Assembly (NCBI GenBank): GCA_028700625.1
Contig: JAQVSI010000001.1
Location: 7,570-71,569 of the forward strand
DNA: 64,000 bases
From: Candidatus Shapirobacteria bacterium
GTDB lineage: Bacteria; Patescibacteriota; Microgenomatia; UBA12405
Reading direction: 5' to 3'
In this document: positions 9,537 through 17,544 of the stretch, one piece after another
How the letters are laid out: every line of letters starts with the position of its first letter
Position numbering within the stretch: the first letter of the stretch is position 1
Translations under genes and position numbers: made by a program
The notes under the pieces: generated by a model
Databases searched by the model: none
Told to the model about the DNA's origin: nothing
Seen by the model: the letters and a program-made list of their open reading frames with translations, nothing else

Positions 9537-10616
9537 TTAATACCTTATTTCTCTCGTATTTTCATCCAAATATTTAAACTGAATTGTCACCATTTTATTT
9601 TCTTTTTTTAGTTTCTCAAAATTTTTCTCACCCATATTTTCCGGCCACTCAATACAAGCAATATTGTTTTTGAATAATTCAAAAAATTTTATTTCTTCCA
9701 ATTCATAATCGGCACTAATTCTATACAAATCAAAATGCAAAAACTTTTTTTGTCCCCCTTTCGTCAAAGGGGGATGTCCGAAGGACAGGGGGATTTGATA
9801 TTCATTATAAATCACAAAAGTCGGACTCGTGATTTTTTCTTTTACTCCCAATAAATGTCCTATTTTACGGCTAAAAACCGTCTTACCACATCCCAAATCC
9901 CCAGTTAGGGCAAAAATAATTGGTTTATCAATATATTTTTTTAATAAAAATTCAGCAATTTTTCCTGTCTCTTTTTCCGATTTGGAAATCAATGTTTGAC
10001 TATTAGTAGTAATTAAATCACCTCGTCTTAATATTTTTAATTCCGCTTCAGTGGCATCAATTACTGTTGATGGTTTATTTCTTGGCAATTTTCCCGCATC
10101 CACAATCAAATCAATCATCTTCTTTTTCTTATTAGAAAGTGGTCTTAAAAAACTGGCGATTGAATAATTTGGAGTTCGTCCCGATAAATTTGCTGAAGTT
10201 GCTGTTATTGGTTTTTTAAATATTTTTACTAAATCGTGAATATATTTATTGTCTGGAATTCTAATTCCCAAAGTTCCATTTTCTGCTTCTATTCCGAGAG
10301 AGACCTTATGTTTTCCATTACTGACAATTGTAAAAGGGCCGGGTAATAAATTTGTATAAATATTTTGTCCATTTTCATTAAGTTCAACGTATTCCAAGGC
10401 CATTTTTTTATTAAAAACTGCGACCGAAATTGCCTTACCTGTCCATCTATTTTTAAAAGACAATAGTTTTTCTGTCGCTTTTTGGTTAGTTGGATCTACT
10501 GCCAAAATATAAACCGTATCACTTGGAAACACTACCAATCCACCATTTTTTAAAATCCTTGCGGTTTCTGATATAACTTTTTGATAATTATTTTCCTTAA
10601 TCTCCACTATTTTCAT
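9537..10616 (-). CDS. tsaC-tsaE: Fused TsaC/Sua5 (threonylcarbamoyl-AMP synthase) and TsaE ATPase
   Basis: PSDTVY, PGPFT, GIRIP, TSANLSG, PSTVID, then LTGDLGCGKT, ITSPTF, HFDLYR, IEWPE. Confidence 0.92.
   Translation of the reverse strand: MKIVEIKENNYQKVISETARILKNGGLVVFPSDTVYILAVDPTNQKATEKLLSFKNRWTGKAISVAVFNKKMALEYVELNENGQNIYTNLLPGPFTIVSNGKHKVSLGIEAENGTLGIRIPDNKYIHDLVKIFKKPITATSANLSGRTPNYSIASFLRPLSNKKKKMIDLIVDAGKLPRNKPSTVIDATEAELKILRRGDLITTNSQTLISKSEKETGKIAEFLLKKYIDKPIIFALTGDLGCGKTVFSRKIGHLLGVKEKITSPTFVIYNEYQIPLSFGHPPLTKGGQKKFLHFDLYRISADYELEEIKFFELFKNNIACIEWPENMGEKNFEKLKKENKMVTIQFKYLDENTREIRY
9753..9796 (+). repeat. Double-hairpin element, copy 2 (in frame inside the TsaE domain, antisense to the gene)
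   Basis: tcccccttt-cgtc-aaaggggga tgtcc-gaa-ggaca gggggattt. Confidence 0.88.
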
Positions 10617-10658
10617 GACACTATTTTATCACCTAAATACAACTTCTCCCTTTTAAAA

Positions 10659-10708
10659 TCCTCCCTGTTAAGGGAGGAAAAAAAGGTTCTTTAGGGAAGG
10701 TAGGTTTT
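10659..10708 (+). repeat. Double-hairpin element, copy 3 (variant, between divergent genes)
   Basis: tcctccct-gtta-agggagga ... agggaaggtaggtttt. Confidence 0.6.
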
Positions 10709-10718
10709 AACTGTTTTA

Positions 10719-10733
10719 TGCTAAAATACTCGC
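10719..10733 (+). promoter_or_regulatory. Extended -10 promoter directly before the valS start (leaderless)
   Basis: TGcTAAAAT, 6 nt, then ATG; no Shine-Dalgarno. Confidence 0.65.
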
Positions 10734-13013
10734 ATGGATAAAGCTTATAATTCCTCACAAGAAAGCGAAATTTATGAACTCTGGCAAAATTCTGGTGCCT
10801 TCACTCCAATAGTTCCCAAAAATCCCAAACAAGCCAAATTAAAAGATAATCCTTATTCAATTATTCTTCCTCTTCCCAATGCCAACGACCCTATGCATAT
10901 GGGCCACGCTCTCTTCACTATCCAAGATATTTTAGTTCGTTATCACCGCATGCTTGGTCAACCAACCCTTTGGCTTCCTGGTGGCGATCATGCAGGCATT
11001 GAAACTCAATTTGTTTTTGAAAAAAGATTAGCCAAAGAAGGAAAAAGTCGTTTTGATTTTGATCGTCAAACTCTCTATAAAATGATTTGGGATTTTGTTG
11101 AAGAAAATCGAAAATTAAATCAATTTCAAATGAAAAAACTTGGCTTTTCTATGGATTGGACTCGTTACCACTATTCTCTAGAAGAGCCAATTGTCGAAAA
11201 TGTTCTCGCTACTTTTAAAAAGCTTTACAGTGACGGACTAGTTTATCGCGATGAAAAAATTGTCAATTATTGTACTTTTTGCGGCACTGCTTTTTCCAAT
11301 CTCGAAGTCGATCATAAAACTGTTGCTTCTCATCTTTGGTATATAAAATATGGTCCTTTAACCGTTGCCACCACTCGTCCCGAAACCATGTTGGGTGACA
11401 CCGCTGTAGCTGTGAACCCTAAAGATAAAAGATATAAAGATTTAATTGGCAAAACCATAACTCTTCCTTTAGTTAACAAAGAAATCCCTGTAATAGGGGA
11501 TGATTCTATTGATATCGAATTTGGTACCGGTGCTGTTAAAGTCACTCCAAGTCATTCTCTTGAAGATTATGACATGGCCAAAAAACACAATCTAGAATTT
11601 GTCCGTATTTTCGATTACGATGGTAAATCAAATAATAATGTTCCCGAAAAATATCGTGGCCTATTTCCAAATCAAGTCCGTCAAATGGTCATCGACGATT
11701 TAACTGCTCTTGGTCTCATGGAAAAAATTGAAGATTATTCGCATGAAGTTGGTCATTGTTATCGTTGTGGTCGCCCTATCGAGCCAATTACTGCTCCTCA
11801 ATGGTATGTCAAAATAGATAAATTAGCCAAACCTGCAATCGAAGCTGCTAAAACTAGTCAAATCAAATTTTTCCCCACTCGTTTCAAAAAAACCTATACC
11901 ACTTGGATGGAAAATATCCGAGATTGGAACATTTCCCGTCAAATTGTCTGGGGTCCACGTATTCCGGCTTGGTATTGTCTCGATTGCAATCCCGACATTA
12001 AATTAAATTTCTTGGATAAAAACAAAGAAGTTGTTTCTGGTTTTTACAAAGATTTAAAAGGTAAATATTCAGTCGAAGAAATTAAAAATGGTTTGCAATC
12101 ATTAGTGGCTCCAGTCGATGCCGATTTTACTGTCGATCATCTCGATCACTGTCCAAAATGTAAATCTACCTCTCTTATCCAAGAAACTGATACTTTTGAT
12201 ACTTGGTTTTTAAGTGGTCAATGGCCATTAAGTACTCTTGGTTTCAATACGGCAAATTCTTCTAAATCATCACCAGACTTTGATTATTTTTATCCAACCA
12301 CTGTTATGGATACTCTTTGGGATATTTTATTTTTTTGGGTGGCCAGAATGACCATGTTTGGCCTCTATCTAACTGGCAATGTTCCTTTCAAGACTGTTCA
12401 TCTTCATTCTAAAGTTACCGATGCTAAAGGTCAAAAAATGAGTAAAAGTAAAGGTAATGTAGTTAATCCTTTGGATGTAACCGAAAAATACGGGACAGAT
12501 GCTCTTCGTATGTCACTTGTCTATGGCATTGCCCCAGCTTCTGATTTTGTCGTTTCTGAAGATAAAATTAGGGCCCAAAGAAATTTTGTCAATAAAATTT
12601 GGAATGCTTCCCGTTTTGTTGAAATGCTCATCGATCGCCTTAATCCTTCAAAAATTTCTCTTGATATAGACAAATCCAAATTAACCGATGCAGATAAAAA
12701 TATTTTAGATAAATTAAATCAAATTATCATTTCTACTACTAAAAATTTAGAAACTTATCATTTTGGCCAAGCCTCTGAAGATTTATATCAATTTTTTTGG
12801 AAAGATTTTTGTGATGTTTATATTGAAAATGCCAAAGATAGGGGAGAAGAAACTATTCCTATTTTATTGACCGTTTTAGAAACTAGTTTAAAACTTCTTC
12901 ATCCTTTTATTCCTTTTATAACTGAAACCGTCTACCAAAATTTGCAGGGAAAATTCAATTTTAAAAAAGAATTGTTAATTTCTTCTTCCTGGCCAAATGA
13001 AATCAAATATTAA
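10734..13013 (+). CDS. valS: Valine--tRNA ligase
   Basis: HMGH, DHAGIETQ, ATTRPET, DWNISRQ, KMSKS. Confidence 0.97.
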   Translation: MDKAYNSSQESEIYELWQNSGAFTPIVPKNPKQAKLKDNPYSIILPLPNANDPMHMGHALFTIQDILVRYHRMLGQPTLWLPGGDHAGIETQFVFEKRLAKEGKSRFDFDRQTLYKMIWDFVEENRKLNQFQMKKLGFSMDWTRYHYSLEEPIVENVLATFKKLYSDGLVYRDEKIVNYCTFCGTAFSNLEVDHKTVASHLWYIKYGPLTVATTRPETMLGDTAVAVNPKDKRYKDLIGKTITLPLVNKEIPVIGDDSIDIEFGTGAVKVTPSHSLEDYDMAKKHNLEFVRIFDYDGKSNNNVPEKYRGLFPNQVRQMVIDDLTALGLMEKIEDYSHEVGHCYRCGRPIEPITAPQWYVKIDKLAKPAIEAAKTSQIKFFPTRFKKTYTTWMENIRDWNISRQIVWGPRIPAWYCLDCNPDIKLNFLDKNKEVVSGFYKDLKGKYSVEEIKNGLQSLVAPVDADFTVDHLDHCPKCKSTSLIQETDTFDTWFLSGQWPLSTLGFNTANSSKSSPDFDYFYPTTVMDTLWDILFFWVARMTMFGLYLTGNVPFKTVHLHSKVTDAKGQKMSKSKGNVVNPLDVTEKYGTDALRMSLVYGIAPASDFVVSEDKIRAQRNFVNKIWNASRFVEMLIDRLNPSKISLDIDKSKLTDADKNILDKLNQIIISTTKNLETYHFGQASEDLYQFFWKDFCDVYIENAKDRGEETIPILLTVLETSLKLLHPFIPFITETVYQNLQGKFNFKKELLISSSWPNEIKY

Positions 13014-13464
13014 AAAGATATTATCAAAGCTTTTTATTTGTTTTTTTTTAATTTTTATTATTTCTGTCAATTTTTTTGTTTTATCTACTCGTTCCGATAT
13101 TTTTACTAAACATAAAAAAGATTTATTTAGCCAAAATTTAGGGGATAGTTATTCTGGTCGTCTCAATTTGTGGCGTCTTTTAGTTCAAAACAACGACTGG
13201 ATAAATGCTGTCAAGCTTGAGCCAAAATTAAATCAAACCGAAATTAGCGACTATAAATTTAATTATCAACCTTCAGAACTTCAAAAAAAAGTTGATTATT
13301 TAAATAATAAAACAGATAAATCAGTTGAAGATTATATCGAATTATCAAGAATACAACTCCTTTTAGGTCAAAAACAAGAAAGTCTACAATCCATCAAAAA
13401 AGCCCGTCAACTCGATCCTGTTAGGGATGATGTTGACAGGCTTTATTACTCTCTGTCTAAATAA
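12997..13464 (+). CDS. Hypothetical membrane-anchored protein with TPR-like C-terminus
   Basis: N-terminal TM; C-terminal A.QLDP TPR-like helix pair. Confidence 0.6.
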   Translation: MKSNIKKILSKLFICFFLIFIISVNFFVLSTRSDIFTKHKKDLFSQNLGDSYSGRLNLWRLLVQNNDWINAVKLEPKLNQTEISDYKFNYQPSELQKKVDYLNNKTDKSVEDYIELSRIQLLLGQKQESLQSIKKARQLDPVRDDVDRLYYSLSK

Positions 13465-13468
13465 CCCG

Positions 13469-14146
13469 TTATTCGGCTTTTTCTTCCTTGTCGGTTGAAG
13501 ATTCGTCAGAATCGGATTCACTTTTTTGTTCAGTTGCTGGGACATCTTCTGGAACAACTTCTGTCTCTGGAGTTTCAATCACTTCTTCAGCTCTTGGGGC
13601 TTCAATTTTAACAATAACTTGTTCTAAGCTAGTTACCATTTCTACTTTTTCATCAAGTTTAATATCAGCCACAGTGATAGCGTCATCAACTGCATTCAAA
13701 ACTGAAATATCGACTTCAATGCTTTTCGGTAAATCAGTTGGCAAAGCCTCAACTTCAACTTCAGTAGTAACTTCAATTAAAGTATTTCCTTCTTTAACAG
13801 CCACAGATTCACCAATAAATTCAATTGGCACTGAAGCAGTAATCTTTTCTTTTAAATTAACTTTATAACAATCAATATGAATAAGATCACCTAAAATTGC
13901 ACTATATTGAGGATTTCTAAATAATATTGGTAATTTTTCTTCACCAATCAAAAGTTCAACCAAACCGGATTCTCCAACTTCATTAAAAAGTTTTTCCAAT
14001 TCTAAAGTTTTAAATTGGATTGAAAGAGATTCGAATTTATGTCCATAAACAGTTGCTGGTATCAAACCTTCTTTTCTTAATTGTCTAACTTTTCTACCGA
14101 CTACAGTTCTAATATCGGCTATCATCTGATGTTTTTCTTTTGTCAT
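13469..14146 (-). CDS. rplY: 50S ribosomal protein L25 (long Ctc form)
   Basis: LRKEGLIPATVYG, HID, LPTDLP..IEVDIS, acidic tail. Confidence 0.95.
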   Translation of the reverse strand: MTKEKHQMIADIRTVVGRKVRQLRKEGLIPATVYGHKFESLSIQFKTLELEKLFNEVGESGLVELLIGEEKLPILFRNPQYSAILGDLIHIDCYKVNLKEKITASVPIEFIGESVAVKEGNTLIEVTTEVEVEALPTDLPKSIEVDISVLNAVDDAITVADIKLDEKVEMVTSLEQVIVKIEAPRAEEVIETPETEVVPEDVPATEQKSESDSDESSTDKEEKAE

Positions 14147-14264
14147 TTTTTTCTTTTGCCTAATGTTCCTTCAGCTTAATGCTTACCTAACTTCGGCTTT
14201 AATAAACTTCGTCTATTATACCAGTAAAATTATTTTTTCCAAATCAAATAAATTAAATCAATTT

Positions 14265-14735
14265 TTATTTGCTTTTTTGTCGAGGAATCCTAACAGTATA
14301 ATAATAAAGTGGTTCTGTTTTACCAGATGTTTTAAATTCTCTTAAGTTTTCAAACCAATACCTCAATACTGCTCTGGCATCTTCATTCAAAGATTTATCC
14401 GAATTATTGATGAATAACTCTAGTGCATTATCATCCATAGTTATTTTTGTTTCTCTATGTTCAGAAATATCAAGGTTAAATCTTTTAACTTTATAATTTT
14501 CTCCAATCAATTTTGGCCAAATTTCATCTCTAATTTTACTAAATTTATCCTTAGTGTTTGAGTAATTACAAACTTCAATATTTTTACCATTGTCAACAAA
14601 ATCAACGCTCATCCTTCTTAAATTAATATGCCTTGGAACCGGAACATCCAGCATTTCTCTTATTAATTGCTGAGATGGTTTTTCTATTGTTAATAACAGA
14701 TGAAAACCAACACCATTATTTTCTACTTTTGTCAT
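14265..14735 (-). CDS. Hypothetical protein
   Basis: 156 aa ORF, no recognised motif. Confidence 0.55.
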   Translation of the reverse strand: MTKVENNGVGFHLLLTIEKPSQQLIREMLDVPVPRHINLRRMSVDFVDNGKNIEVCNYSNTKDKFSKIRDEIWPKLIGENYKVKRFNLDISEHRETKITMDDNALELFINNSDKSLNEDARAVLRYWFENLREFKTSGKTEPLYYYTVRIPRQKSK

Positions 14736-14791
14736 ATATTTCCGGGCAGAAAATATTAATTTAAATATTCTAACACATGGTAAAATTTCAT

Positions 14792-15790
14792 ATGTCTAAT
14801 AAACCACGAATTCTTACTGGAGATCGACCTACTGGCCCTCTCCACCTAGGTCATTACATTGGCACTCTTAAAAATAGGGTCAAACTTCAAGATGAATTTG
14901 ATTGTTTTTTTATTATGGCTGACCTCCATACTTTAACGACTGATTTTTCAAAAGATAAAACTTCTACTCTAAAAGATCGAGTTAGGGGATTAGTTCTTGA
15001 TTATCTTTCTGTCGGTATTGATCCAGCCAAAGCTGTTATTTACCAACAAAGTAAAGTCCCCCAAGTTACTTACTTAGAGAGCATTTTTACCAATTTAATT
15101 ACTGTTCCTAGAGCTCAAAGAGTTCCTACCTTAAAAGAAGTCATTCGCGATTTAAATATTAAACAGCCTTCCCTTGGTCTTCTCAATTATCCAGCTCTTA
15201 TGGCTGCCGATATTCTTATGGTCAAGGCCAATTTAGTTCCAGTTGGTAAAGATCAGGAAAGTCATGTTGAAGTTACTCGTGAAATTGCTTCCACTTTCAA
15301 TAAAACTTATGGTGAAGTTTTCCCAATCCCAAAAGCCTTAATTGGTGATGGTGGAACATTAATTGGCACTGATGGTCAAGCCAAAATGAGTAAATCTATT
15401 GGTAATTGTATTTATCTTTCTGATGATACTGAAACTGTTAATAAAAAAGTAAAGGGTATGTACACTGATCCTACTCGTCTTAAACCAACCGATCCAGGCC
15501 ATATCGAAGGTAACCCAGTTTTTATCTATCATGATGCTTTTAATGACAATAAAGCTGAAGTTGATGATTTAAAAGCTCGTTACATAAAAGGACAAGTGGG
15601 GGATGTCGAGGTCAAAGAAAAATTAAGTTTGGCTATCAATAAATTTTTAGACCCAATTCGTGCCAAAAGAGCCGAATTTGAGGGTAAATTAGATTTAATT
15701 GACCAAATTATTGACTCTGGTTCTAAAAAAGCTAGTCTCGAATCTCAAAAAACTCTAGACGAAGTGTTGTCAGCCATGGGAATTAGATAA
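14792..15790 (+). CDS. trpS: Tryptophan--tRNA ligase
   Basis: TGDRPTGPLHLGH, MAADIL, PVGKDQ, KMSKS; start at MSNKP. Confidence 0.97.
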   Translation: MSNKPRILTGDRPTGPLHLGHYIGTLKNRVKLQDEFDCFFIMADLHTLTTDFSKDKTSTLKDRVRGLVLDYLSVGIDPAKAVIYQQSKVPQVTYLESIFTNLITVPRAQRVPTLKEVIRDLNIKQPSLGLLNYPALMAADILMVKANLVPVGKDQESHVEVTREIASTFNKTYGEVFPIPKALIGDGGTLIGTDGQAKMSKSIGNCIYLSDDTETVNKKVKGMYTDPTRLKPTDPGHIEGNPVFIYHDAFNDNKAEVDDLKARYIKGQVGDVEVKEKLSLAINKFLDPIRAKRAEFEGKLDLIDQIIDSGSKKASLESQKTLDEVLSAMGIR

Positions 15791-15797
15791 TTTTAGG

Positions 15798-15871
15798 TGG
15801 GTATGCATGGACTCGAACCATGGACCCCCGACTTATAAGATCGGTGCTCTAACCAACTGAGCTACATACCC
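15798..15871 (-). tRNA. tRNA-Ile(UAU)
   Basis: Full cloverleaf GGGTATG..; anticodon arm CCGAT-CTTATAA-GTCGG; T-loop TTCGAGT; CCA not encoded. Confidence 0.92.
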
Positions 15872-15875
15872 TAAG

Positions 15876-15949
15876 TAGCAGGAGTGGGACTCGAACCCAC
15901 GACCTCAGCGTTATGAATGCTGTGCTCTAACCGGCTGAGCTACCCTGCC
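15876..15949 (-). tRNA. tRNA-Met(CAU), probably elongator
   Basis: GGCAGGG acceptor; anticodon loop TTCATAA; T-loop TTCGAGT. Confidence 0.88.
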
Positions 15950-15984
15950 AAAGTATATGAATTATACCAAAATTTATAAAGATT

Positions 15985-16034
15985 TCTCCCTTTCATCAAA
16001 GAGAGATGCCCCGCAACAGCGGGGAGAGGGATTT
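15985..16034 (+). repeat. Double-hairpin element, copy 4 (within the minus-strand tRNA cluster)
   Basis: tctcccttt-catc-aaagagaga tg ccccgc-aaca-gcgggg agagggattt. Confidence 0.8.
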
Positions 16035-16083
16035 AAGACAAAAAACAAAAAAGCCGCCTAATTAAAGACAGCCCCTTTGTTTG

Positions 16084-16153
16084 TTGCGGGGCTAGGAGTT
16101 GAACCTAGCCTGTGAGATTATGAGCCTCACGTGCAGCCGTACACTACCCCGCA
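16084..16153 (-). tRNA. tRNA-Met(CAU), initiator-like
   Basis: TGCGGGG/CCCCGCA acceptor as in tRNA-fMet; anticodon arm TGAGG-CTCATAA-TCTCA; T-loop TTCAACT. Confidence 0.82.
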
Positions 16154-16215
16154 TGTATAGTCTCTACAAAGCTTTACGCATAGAAGACTTTGTTCGCTAT
16201 TCTAGCACAGTCATT

Positions 16216-16563
16216 TTACTGAGTAAACAGCTTAATCCATTGTCTAATTTTAGGTATTTCTTTATTTTCATTTGTTTTAGGAAATAAATCCAGATTTTCT
16301 TCTTTGTTTAGCTTCAACCAAACATCGTTTTCTCTTCCCATCCCAAATTTTTCATGAGCTTGTTGATCAATAAAAGCACTACTGGTAGCGTATTCTATTT
16401 TTTGTTTCAAAATTTGGTTTTTTTGGCTCAAATTATTAATTTCTTTCTCTATCTTTATATTTTGTTTTTTAGCTTCTTTTAGGGTTCCAAACTGGGTCGT
16501 GATATTACTAATTATTGAGCCAGTTATTACCAACCCCAGTAAAATTAAAAAAAATTTCTTCAT
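16216..16563 (-). CDS. Septum formation initiator (FtsB/DivIC-like)
   Basis: TM, coiled coil, FIDQQAHEKFGMGRENDV. Confidence 0.75.
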   Translation of the reverse strand: MKKFFLILLGLVITGSIISNITTQFGTLKEAKKQNIKIEKEINNLSQKNQILKQKIEYATSSAFIDQQAHEKFGMGRENDVWLKLNKEENLDLFPKTNENKEIPKIRQWIKLFTQ

Positions 16564-16625
16564 AGCTTGTATTTAATCCTAATTAATGTTATTATAAGCC
16601 ATAATTATTATAAAAAGTTCTCTTT

Positions 16626-17495
16626 ATGGCCGACTTATCAATTGAAAACGCTTTAAGTCTTTTCACTAGCGCGCTTACCAAAAATGGTAAGTCAATTAAT
16701 ACTATTGTAGCTTACAAAGGTGATTTGAACCAATTAATTGTTTTTTTACAAAAACAATTTCAAATTTCTACCGTTGACTTAGTTAATGAAGATTCTATTG
16801 AAGCTTTTAAAAAAAATTTAACTCAAAACGAATATACTGCTAAATCTATTTCTCGTAAACTTAATTCGGTTAAAAACTTTTTTTCTTTCTTAAAAAATGA
16901 ATCTATTATTACTATTGATCCTTCTCTTGAAATTAAACATCCAAAATACGAAAACGATTTACCAAAAATTTTAAAGCCAATTGAATACAGATCCCTTCGT
17001 GACGCCTGTCGAAATGATAGCCGTGCCACTGCCATTGTTGAATTAATGCTTCAATCGGGTTTAAGAATTAAAGAAATCGAAAGTTTAAAACTTGACGATG
17101 TAAAAGACAATGAGCTTTTAATCGAAAGTTATGAGTCTCATTCTTCTCGAGTTGTTCCTTTAAATAACTCAGCCAAAACTGCTCTTAAAAAATATTTAGA
17201 TGATGGTCGCTATCCAGGAAAAGCTAAAAATGTTTTTGTTACCAAAACTGGTCGTAGTTTATTAGCCAGAAACATTAGAAGTCTTTTAAATCGTTACTTT
17301 ATCAAGGCTGACATTAAAGATATTAAAGTTAATGATCTTCGTAACACTTTCATCGTTTTTCAGCTTAAGTCAGGTGTTCCAATTGATATTGTCTCTCAAG
17401 TCGTTGGCCATAAACGCATTTCTACTACTGAAAAATATTTGGAATTAATCGATTCTAAAGAAGAATCCAAAGGCATCAAATTAAAAGAACTCTAA
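16626..17495 (+). CDS. XerC/XerD-like tyrosine recombinase
   Basis: NTIVAYKGDL, SGLRIKE, NDLRNTF, VGH...TTEKY. Confidence 0.9.
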   Translation: MADLSIENALSLFTSALTKNGKSINTIVAYKGDLNQLIVFLQKQFQISTVDLVNEDSIEAFKKNLTQNEYTAKSISRKLNSVKNFFSFLKNESIITIDPSLEIKHPKYENDLPKILKPIEYRSLRDACRNDSRATAIVELMLQSGLRIKEIESLKLDDVKDNELLIESYESHSSRVVPLNNSAKTALKKYLDDGRYPGKAKNVFVTKTGRSLLARNIRSLLNRYFIKADIKDIKVNDLRNTFIVFQLKSGVPIDIVSQVVGHKRISTTEKYLELIDSKEESKGIKLKEL

Positions 17496-17499
17496 ATAA

Positions 17500-17544
17500 G
17501 CCGTCCCTTTTCAAGGGAGGGTGCCCGCAGGGCGGGTGGGTTTT
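17500..17544 (+). repeat. Double-hairpin element, copy 5 (between convergent genes)
   Basis: gccgtccctt-ttc-aagggagggt gccc-gca-gggc gggtgggtttt. Confidence 0.85.

Noticed and set aside
13488-13868. Antisense/overlapping ORFs such as 853-1092, 1552-1926, 13488-13868, 19850-20218, 48630-48968
   Set aside because: They are shadows of well-supported genes on the other strand, with no motifs.
16099-16287. 62-aa ORF over the initiator-like tRNA
   Set aside because: It is antisense to a tRNA and to the ftsB-like gene.
17500-17544. Repeat copies as ordinary intrinsic terminators
   Set aside because: The same orientation is kept inside coding regions and against transcription, and the T-run is separated from the stems by a G-rich tract. 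Some copies may still terminate incidentally.
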